From contig NZ_CP019633.1 of NCBI RefSeq assembly GCF_001997385.1, forward strand, positions 2,340,001 through 2,372,000: a stretch of 32,000 nucleotides of DNA, read 5' to 3'. This document shows, in pieces, positions 1-6,421 of this stretch (positions within the stretch are counted from its first letter, which is position 1; every line of letters starts with the position of its first letter). This stretch comes from Sedimentisphaera cyanobacteriorum (lineage in GTDB: Bacteria; Planctomycetota; Phycisphaerae; Sedimentisphaerales; Sedimentisphaeraceae). The notes below the pieces were generated by a model. It saw only the letters and a program-made list of their open reading frames with translations. It searched no databases and was not told where the DNA came from. Position numbers and translations under genes: made by a program.

Positions 1-160
1 ATTGTTGAATATCCCGCAGGCTACGAAATATGCCAAAGTGAATACTATAATGTGTATTACAATCAGGCTGATCTTTCTGTATTTATGGGAGGTAAGAAGC
101 TTTACCGGAATATTCAGCAGCCTTGTTCGCATTTTTTTCTGTTCAAATTAGTGTTAAATC

Positions 161-200
161 AAAAGTGAAAGCCCGCCTGAGCATCTCGCTGCCGGCGGGC
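161..200 (-). terminator. putative intrinsic terminator downstream of lysC
   Basis: GCCCGCC (171-177) pairs with GGCGGGC (194-200) as a 7-bp stem, with extra inner pairs. It starts 8 nt after the lysC stop and is followed on the minus strand by the T-rich run TTTCACTTTTGATTT. Confidence 0.45.
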
Positions 201-208
201 ATAATGGA

Positions 209-1444
209 TTACATATCTCTCTCTTCCGGCTCTTTATCGAGCTGGAAAGTATCGCAGATAACCTCAAGAGCCTTGTCAGACTGCTGCTTATCTACGAGGC
301 AGCTTATTCTTATCTCGCTTGTTGTGATAGAATCGATGTTGATTTTATTCTCCGCAAGCGCCTTAAACATACGGTCTGCAACGCCGTAATGGGTTCTCAT
401 TCCAATACCCACAGCGCTTACCTCAGCGATGTCTTCTCTTATGAAAAGATCTCTGTATTGGATTTCATTTTTGATTGCTTTTATTGTTTTCAATGCGTCT
501 GCAAGGTCGTTCTTTGAGATAGTGAACGAGAGGTTTGCAGAGTTGTCATCAAGCTCTGTCTGTATAATATCGTTCACGCTGATTTTCGTGCCTGCAAGGG
601 CAGAGAACACCTTCGCTGCATTTCCCGGACTGTGCGGGATTCCGATTATCGTAATTTTTGCAAGGTCAGACTGGACCGTTGCACCTGATACTAATATACC
701 TTCCATTTGAGGCACCTCTTCAGTAATTAAAGTTCCCTCGATATCCAGAGTGCTGCTTCTCACCTGAATTTCTACGCCGTATTTCTTGCCGAATTCGATA
801 GCTCTTCCGTGCATAACTCCCGCTCCGAGACTTGCAAGTTCGAGCATTTCATCATAGCTTACCTGATTAATCTTCACTGCTTTGGAGTATTTGCGGGGGT
901 CTGTTGTGTAGATCCCGTCAACGTCGGTGTATATCTCGCACTGCTTGGCCTTCAAAGCAGCTGCTATCGCCACAGCGCTTGTGTCAGACCCGCCTCTTCC
1001 GAGCGTTGTTACATTGCCTTTCTCATCAATCCCCTGAAAACCCGCTGCTATTACAATATAGCCATCATCGAGTTTTTCGTGGATGATCTCCGAGCCGATG
1101 CTTTCTATCCTCGCCTTGCTGTGTACGCTGTCGGTAATCATCTGGATCTGATGTCCTGTAAAGCTGAGAGCCTTGTAACCCATATTCTGGATTGCAATAG
1201 CCATCAGGGATACTGTCTGCTGTTCGCCGGTACTGAGAAGCTGATCCATCTCCCGCTTGGGCGGGTCAGGATTTAGCTCGTATGCATCAGCCACAAGCTC
1301 ATCGGTCTGTTTGCCCCTTGCCGAGGCAACCACGACTACTTTATGCCCCTGCTTGTACTTGGCGACAGCCCGCTTCGCTGCGTTTCTGATCTTTTCAGAA
1401 TTTGCAACTGAAGTGCCGCCGAATTTTTGAACAATGATTGACAT
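209..1444 (-). CDS. lysC: aspartate kinase
   Basis: 411-aa ORF with the N-terminal KFGGTSV aspartokinase signature and an amino-acid-kinase fold, followed by two ACT-like regulatory repeats. It lies 29 nt downstream of the preceding gene in the same operon. Confidence 0.95.
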   Translation of the reverse strand: MSIIVQKFGGTSVANSEKIRNAAKRAVAKYKQGHKVVVVASARGKQTDELVADAYELNPDPPKREMDQLLSTGEQQTVSLMAIAIQNMGYKALSFTGHQIQMITDSVHSKARIESIGSEIIHEKLDDGYIVIAAGFQGIDEKGNVTTLGRGGSDTSAVAIAAALKAKQCEIYTDVDGIYTTDPRKYSKAVKINQVSYDEMLELASLGAGVMHGRAIEFGKKYGVEIQVRSSTLDIEGTLITEEVPQMEGILVSGATVQSDLAKITIIGIPHSPGNAAKVFSALAGTKISVNDIIQTELDDNSANLSFTISKNDLADALKTIKAIKNEIQYRDLFIREDIAEVSAVGIGMRTHYGVADRMFKALAENKINIDSITTSEIRISCLVDKQQSDKALEVICDTFQLDKEPEERDM

Positions 1445-1473
1445 TTGTTCCCCGTAATTTTAATAAATAATTC

Positions 1474-2667
1474 TTACATTTTTAGAAAATATTCCATCAG
1501 TTCATAGCCCCTTGCTATATGGAGGCCTGAACCGGCCGCATTCAATTCACTGAAGGCCCTGCCTTGGACATCAGGGCGTTCGATAGTTCCGCTTATCATA
1601 AACGGCACTGGCTCAGCAGTATGCCCTCTTGTGCTCACAGGCGTAGGGTGGTCCGGCATTACGAGAATCTTCCACTCATCATAGCCTTCAAGCTTCTTTG
1701 AAAGAGGTGCGATAATCCTGCTGTCTATCCTTTCAAGGGCGGTTTTCTTGAGCTCTGCATCGCCGGAATGGCCTGCCTCATCCGGCCCCTCGAGGTGCAG
1801 GAATACAATATCATTCTCGTCGAGAGCCTCGGCTGCTGCCTCCGCCTTGCCTTCGTAATTGGTGTCTGCAAGACCGGTAGCACCTTCCACATTTATAACC
1901 TCAAAGCCGATCAGCTTCGAGAGCCCCCGAACAAGGTCAACAGCCGTGATAGAAGCCCCTTTAAGGCCGTACTTGGCCTTGAAGCTTTCCATACTCGCCC
2001 TTTTCCCTTCGCCCCAGAGCCATATCGAGCTCACAGGATTCTCCCCGAGGTCTGTACGGATTTTGTTTATCTCCATCTGGTCTATCACCAGCCTGCTTTT
2101 CTCCATCAGATCTCTCAAAAATGCGCTGTTTTTGCCCGACGGGACAATCTTTTTTACCGGCCTGCCGATATTGTCGTGGGGCGGAAGGGTTTTTACATCG
2201 AAATCCATCCCCTTTACCACGCACAGATGCCTGTAGCTCACGCCCGGATAGAAACGCACCTTATCCGAGCCGAGCTGTTTTTGAAGCTCTTCGATTATCT
2301 GCCTGCCTTCGTTGGTGGATATGTGCCCTGCGCTGTGGTCTGCCATATTCCCGTCTGAGTATGTAACCAGATTGCATCGGAATACGAAGTCTTCCTGCGT
2401 GAGCTCAATCCCCATAGCAGCGGCCTCAATAGGGGCTCTTCCGGTGTAGAATTCATACGGGTTGTACCCCAGCAGGCTCATCTGAGCAACATCACTGCCC
2501 GGAGACATACCCTCAGGGACAGTTTGAACCAGCCCCTGAATTCCCGCTTGAGAAAGCCTGTCTATATTCGGAATATCAGCGGCCTGAAGCACCGTTTTTC
2601 CGTCGAACTGGTCTATGGGAAGGTCTGCCGCTCCATCCGGAATTACTATAAGGTGTTTGCAGTTCAC
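1474..2667 (-). CDS. cofactor-independent phosphoglycerate mutase (ApgM) family protein; likely the 'proposed homoserine kinase' clade
   Basis: 397-aa ORF with a GTG start overlapping the hom stop (GTGA at 2664-2667). It has metalloenzyme-superfamily motifs (N-terminal VIPDGAAD, HLEGPDEAGH, MPDHPTP). It sits between hom and lysC, which is the genomic context used to define TIGRFAM 'proposed homoserine kinase' (recalled as TIGR02535). Confidence 0.8.
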   Translation of the reverse strand: MNCKHLIVIPDGAADLPIDQFDGKTVLQAADIPNIDRLSQAGIQGLVQTVPEGMSPGSDVAQMSLLGYNPYEFYTGRAPIEAAAMGIELTQEDFVFRCNLVTYSDGNMADHSAGHISTNEGRQIIEELQKQLGSDKVRFYPGVSYRHLCVVKGMDFDVKTLPPHDNIGRPVKKIVPSGKNSAFLRDLMEKSRLVIDQMEINKIRTDLGENPVSSIWLWGEGKRASMESFKAKYGLKGASITAVDLVRGLSKLIGFEVINVEGATGLADTNYEGKAEAAAEALDENDIVFLHLEGPDEAGHSGDAELKKTALERIDSRIIAPLSKKLEGYDEWKILVMPDHPTPVSTRGHTAEPVPFMISGTIERPDVQGRAFSELNAAGSGLHIARGYELMEYFLKM

Positions 2668-3986
2668 CCCTCATCCCCCGGGATTTCAACTATCTGTATG
2701 CAAACCGGCTCGCCGGCGATTATATTCATCTCATCAATCTTTTTAAGGGCATCATCAATCATATTGCGGGAGGTTTTGTGAGTAGTAATTACCACCGTAA
2801 CATAATTTTTCTGTGCGGGAGCCTCCTGCTGGAGGGCCCCTCTGATGCTTATCCCGTTCTCGCCCAGCGCCGAGGACATCTTCGCCAGAACGCCCGGCTC
2901 GTCTTTGGCCTGAATCCTTATATAGAAGCGTTTCTGCTGGTCTTTGATATCTGCAACCAGAGGCTTTGTTTCTTCTCTGGGCTTGAGTTTGAGGTTATCG
3001 AAGAGCTGCTTTGAATTGCCCGATACGATTTCGATAATATCAGCGGTAACTGCGCTTGCTGTGGGCATCATGCCAGCCCCGCGTCCGTAGTACATCGTAT
3101 GGCCTACGCAGTTTCCGAAAAGGCTTACCGCATTGAACGGCCCGGGAACCTGAGCTATTATCTCATCAGAAGCCACGAAAGAAGGGCTAACCTGAAGCGT
3201 GTATTCCCCGCAGGGCTGCTTCTCTGCAACGCCCAAGAGCTTGAGGCTGTATCCCATTTCTCTTCCGCATTCGATATCTGTGATGGCAATCTTCTCTATG
3301 CCTTCGTAAGTTACGTCTGCAAATTCAAACTCGCAGCCGAAACAAAGACTCGCAATGATAGCGAGTTTGTGCCCGCAGTCTCCGCCGTTTATATCCAGCG
3401 TGGGGTCTGCTTCGGCATAACCGAGCTCCTGAGCCCTTTCCAGAACGTCCGGGAAATCATCGCCGTTTTGCTCCATGCAGGTGAGAATATAATTGCTTGT
3501 GCCGTTGAGGATGCCGTAGATTCGTTCTATATCATTTGCAGCGAGGCCCGTTCTTATTGCGCTGATTATCGGGATCCCGCCTGCGCAGCTGGCCTCGAAT
3601 GCTATGCAGACGTTATTCTCACGGGCAACGCTGAAAAGCTCCGCACCATGTTTGGCAAGAAGAGCCTTATTCGCTGTAACAACGTTTTTTCCGCTTTGGA
3701 GCATCTTAATCTGGATGTCTTTGGCGGCCGTCGTACCGCCTACCAGCACAACTGCAATGTCAATGCTCTCATCGCAGGCTATATCGTCTATGTCTGTGGA
3801 CAGCAGCTCTTCAGGCACATCTACTGAGCGAGGGGTTGTGATGTCTAAATCCACAATCTTTGCAAGCTCGAGATTTGCTCCGGTTTTCTGCTGGATGGTT
3901 TCTTTCTGGTCGAAGAGGATCTTTGCAACGCCGCAGCCGACCGTCCCAAAACCCGCGATTCCTATTCTGATTCTCTTTTCATTCAT
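2664..3986 (-). CDS. hom: homoserine dehydrogenase
   Basis: 440-aa ORF with an N-terminal GFGTVG Rossmann motif, a homoserine dehydrogenase catalytic core and a C-terminal ACT domain (FYIRIQAKDEPGVLAKMSSALGENGISI). Confidence 0.95.
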   Translation of the reverse strand: MNEKRIRIGIAGFGTVGCGVAKILFDQKETIQQKTGANLELAKIVDLDITTPRSVDVPEELLSTDIDDIACDESIDIAVVLVGGTTAAKDIQIKMLQSGKNVVTANKALLAKHGAELFSVARENNVCIAFEASCAGGIPIISAIRTGLAANDIERIYGILNGTSNYILTCMEQNGDDFPDVLERAQELGYAEADPTLDINGGDCGHKLAIIASLCFGCEFEFADVTYEGIEKIAITDIECGREMGYSLKLLGVAEKQPCGEYTLQVSPSFVASDEIIAQVPGPFNAVSLFGNCVGHTMYYGRGAGMMPTASAVTADIIEIVSGNSKQLFDNLKLKPREETKPLVADIKDQQKRFYIRIQAKDEPGVLAKMSSALGENGISIRGALQQEAPAQKNYVTVVITTHKTSRNMIDDALKKIDEMNIIAGEPVCIQIVEIPGDEG

Positions 3987-4036
3987 CAGAAGATTCCTGT
4001 TCTAACTTATAGTTTACAAAAAAAGTACAGCACCAC

Positions 4037-4064
4037 ATCTTAGCTGAAAAAGGCTATTTTTCAA
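4037..4064 (-). promoter_or_regulatory. candidate sigma70-like promoter for the hom operon
   Basis: On the minus strand, TTGAAA (4064-4059), a 16-nt spacer, then TAAGAT (4042-4037), about 50 nt upstream of the hom ATG. This is a pattern match only. Confidence 0.25.
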
Positions 4065-4158
4065 GCGCAAACAAATCTTTAACTTCTTTTTGTGCGACAA
4101 TATTTTCCGGCAGGGCTTTTTCCTTAGCTTTGCTGATATTCCCCGCCGGCTATTAAAT

Positions 4159-4271
4159 CGCTAAGGATTTTGTGTTTTCATTTTACCGCGAAGCCCTCGA
4201 AACACACGAAGGGGATATTTAATTTATTTTCCACAGATGGCACAGATTATATGAATGTAAGCGATTGCGAT
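4159..4271 (-). repeat. mosaic repeat module T1 (truncated copy)
   Basis: Contains CGAAACACACGAAGGGGAT and CCACAGATGGCACAGAT, which are the reverse complements of ATCCCCTTCGTGTGTTTCG and ATCTGTGCCATCTGTGG. It aligns with 30545-30672 (same strand) and with 11530-11629 and 23540-23640 (opposite strand). Confidence 0.85.
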
Positions 4272-4542
4272 AAAAATAGGGGACAGTTACCTATTTTTAA
4301 TAGTAAAAAGCTTTATAAAATAATGAGATAGGGAATTGGCCGGCATAAGAATTTGGTTGAGATGAGACGGCAAGTGGTTCGTCAAGAGCAGCTGCCGCCC
4401 AACAAGCATATTTGCTCGGTTTAAAGCCTTGGTGAAGCAATTACACAGAAAAAAAACTGTCGAGTAAAAGCCTGTGAATAATCAAAGAAGCTGCAAACTC
4501 ACATCAGTTGAAAACAATTATTAGGTAACTGTCCCCTATTTT
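4272..4542 (+). mobile_element. MITE-like non-autonomous element, copy 1 (271 bp)
   Basis: Terminal inverted repeats AAAATAGGGGACAGTTACCT (4273-4292) and AGGTAACTGTCCCCTATTTT (4523-4542). There is no ORF inside. The whole element recurs inverted at 31661-31956. Confidence 0.8.
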
Positions 4543-5010
4543 AAGCGGTTCGCTGCTTAATAATGCAGCGTCGTATAGCGGAGGAGCGCAAGCTCCCCGC
4601 TAGGATAGCGAAACGTGAAGAGCCGGCGGTAAGCGAAAAATCTTTTCTAAAAGAATCCCTATCGGGTCCGCCACGGCGAACTCCGCTGTAGTACGGGGGA
4701 TGTTAAACATTGAGCCTGTCCGCCGCAGGCGGAGAGTTAGCGGCAGCTGAAGGAGAAAAACTTTCCCCTTATCATTGCCTTGAACTTTAAAAATCCTGTC
4801 TAAAAATATCCCCTTAGTGCTTCTTAGCGCCGCTCAGTGGCTGGAATATCTCAGTGCTGCTCGTGGTTTAAACCAATTAAAAAATCTTCGTGTTCCTCCG
4901 AGCACTTCGCGGTTTAAACCAATCCCACGTGGTTCAAACAAATTACCCGCTGAAAAATTTCTCTCCGCCTTTTCCTTATTTAATATTTATCCTGTTAATC
5001 CTGTCTAAAA
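4543..5010 (-). repeat. mosaic repeat H-T2 (long repeat), copy A
   Basis: Reverse complement of 22676-23116. By eye there are about 19 differences over ~420 aligned nt, including 113 consecutive identical nt (4845-4957 vs 22704-22816). It also matches 11853-12203. Confidence 0.9.
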
Positions 5011-5068
5011 ATTATCACCTTAGCGTATCTTAGCGCTGCTCAGTGGCTGGAATATCTCAGCTCTGCTC
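4999..5068 (+). repeat. local ~70-bp direct re-duplication of 4795-4862
   Basis: CCTGTCTAAAAAT..CCTTAGCG.ATCTTAGCGCTGCTCAGTGGCTGGAATATCTCAGC.CTGCTC repeats the 4795-4862 segment with a handful of mismatches. Confidence 0.8.
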
Positions 5069-5175
5069 AGCGGCAGTAAATCACGGCAAAGTGATTATTG
5101 AAATGCACTGCGAAGCTGAGGTCTTTGGCTTGCCAGATCAGCAGAAATTCGTTATCATTGACATCCTGTGAAAGC

Positions 5176-6150
5176 ATGGGAAAGAAAATGGAAAAAGTTT
5201 TAATCATAAGCGACGGCAAACCCGGCCACGTCAATCAGGCCAGAGCATTATGCAGCATTATGGGCTGGGAATGCATTGAGGCAGTTGCCGAATACAGGCT
5301 CAAGGCATTCAAGGCAGCGGGCTATCTGCTCGATTCGGTCAGGCTGCATTCGAGCCTTCCGTTCACACTCACCTTCAGCAGCTCAGGCGAGCGGGCAGAA
5401 GCAGAGAATATGCCTGCTGGGATCACCAGAATCGCAGCGGTGAGCTCGGGTGCATACTATCCGGCCAAGGTGCTCGCAAATCGCCTCGGGGTTGAGGTGA
5501 TTGCTTTGATGCTCCCTCGGGGCATACGCAAATCAGACTTCTCGCATATCTTCTGCCCATCCTACGACAATCCCCCTCGTGCGGAGAACATAACACCTGT
5601 GCCAATCACGCTCTGCAGCAGGGGCGAAAGCTTTTACGCCCAGAAAGCTGGCGAATTCACAGAGAAAACCGGCATGAAAGGCCCCTCTGCAAGCGTTATA
5701 ATCGGGGGGGAAAATGCGTACGGAAGAATCGAGCCGGAGAAGATTCGAGGTCAGCTCGAGAAAATCTTCGAGAAAACCCCCAATCTCGAGCACTGGCTCA
5801 CAACATCCCGCCGCACAAGCAGAAAGGTAGAAAAGACAGCCGCTTCTTTCCCGTTCGATTATAAGCTGATCTTCTCTGAAAGCCGGTACAACCCCATCCC
5901 AGCGTTTATAGGAATGAGCGAATACATCTTCGTTACCAGCGATTCATCTTCTATGATCAGCGAATGCGTCAGTACGGGCAGTGCGAAGGTGGAGGTGCTC
6001 AAAAACGAGCCGAAAAGAAAGAGCAAATTCGACAGATTCCTCGCAGAGCTTCAAGCAGAAGGCTGCGTACACATATTCGACGGCACATTAGGCGATGCAG
6101 ACAGGAAGATAAATCTGGAGGAGAAAATCCGGTCGGTTTTGGAAGACTGA
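5176..6150 (+). CDS. ELM1/GtrOC1-family putative glycosyltransferase (mitochondrial fission ELM1-like family)
   Basis: The ORF has VLIISDGKPGHVNQARAL near its N-terminus, matching the DGK.GH.NQ signature I recall for bacterial ELM1-family proteins. I place the start at ATG 5176 because the track's TTG 5098 extension lies inside repeat DNA. ATG 5188 is also possible. Confidence 0.6.
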   Translation: MGKKMEKVLIISDGKPGHVNQARALCSIMGWECIEAVAEYRLKAFKAAGYLLDSVRLHSSLPFTLTFSSSGERAEAENMPAGITRIAAVSSGAYYPAKVLANRLGVEVIALMLPRGIRKSDFSHIFCPSYDNPPRAENITPVPITLCSRGESFYAQKAGEFTEKTGMKGPSASVIIGGENAYGRIEPEKIRGQLEKIFEKTPNLEHWLTTSRRTSRKVEKTAASFPFDYKLIFSESRYNPIPAFIGMSEYIFVTSDSSSMISECVSTGSAKVEVLKNEPKRKSKFDRFLAELQAEGCVHIFDGTLGDADRKINLEEKIRSVLED

Positions 6151-6158
6151 TGAAAACC

Positions 6159-6187
6159 TTTTCAGCAGAGCTGAAAAAATAATTTTT
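6159..6187 (+). terminator. putative intrinsic terminator after the ELM1-like gene
   Basis: TTTTCAGC (6159-6166), loop AGA, GCTGAAAA (6170-6177), then AATAATTTTT. It starts 9 nt after the stop codon. Confidence 0.45.
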
Positions 6188-6240
6188 CATGGCATTAAAA
6201 ACCTTGCCTGAAGTAACGTTTTTGTTACACTCTGCGCATT

Positions 6241-6399
6241 ATGAACGAAGGGATTATGACAGGTTTAATAATAGTTTTCAGCTGCGTTGCATTTGTGCTC
6301 ATAACAGCTTTCTGGGCAAGCTCCCGGATTAAAAAAATGTCGCAAAACGGCTACGGCTCCGCTCGCTATGCGCTGAAAAATCTTCGTAAAGGCAAATAG
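6241..6399 (+). CDS. possible small single-pass membrane protein (52 aa, or 47 aa from ATG 6256)
   Basis: My own translation gives MNEGIMTGLIIVFSCVAFVLITAFWASSRIKKMSQNGYGSARYALKNLRKGK, one hydrophobic helix plus a basic tail. It ends 22 nt before the permease start, and GAAGGG lies just upstream of the second ATG. It is below the ORF-track length cutoff. Confidence 0.3.
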   Translation: MNEGIMTGLIIVFSCVAFVLITAFWASSRIKKMSQNGYGSARYALKNLRKGK

Positions 6400-6421
6400 T
6401 CTTTTTAGTGAGAGACCTCTA

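Noticed and set aside
4817-5008. 63-aa plus-strand ORF inside repeat copy A.
   Set aside because: It lies on the reverse strand of the H module. The equivalent frames in copies B and C are not preserved.
4159-5072. Possible CRISPR array, given the many short repeated words in the intergenic regions.
   Set aside because: There is no regular repeat-spacer periodicity. The repeated units are 9-bp tandem iterons or long dispersed modules. No 28-37-bp direct repeat is separated by unique spacers, and no cas genes are in the window.
5098-5175. TTG-initiated 26-aa N-terminal extension of the ELM1-like ORF.
   Set aside because: The extension runs into the edge of the repeat array and has no family-like sequence. 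ATG 5176/5188 lies immediately before the conserved VLIISDGKPGH motif.
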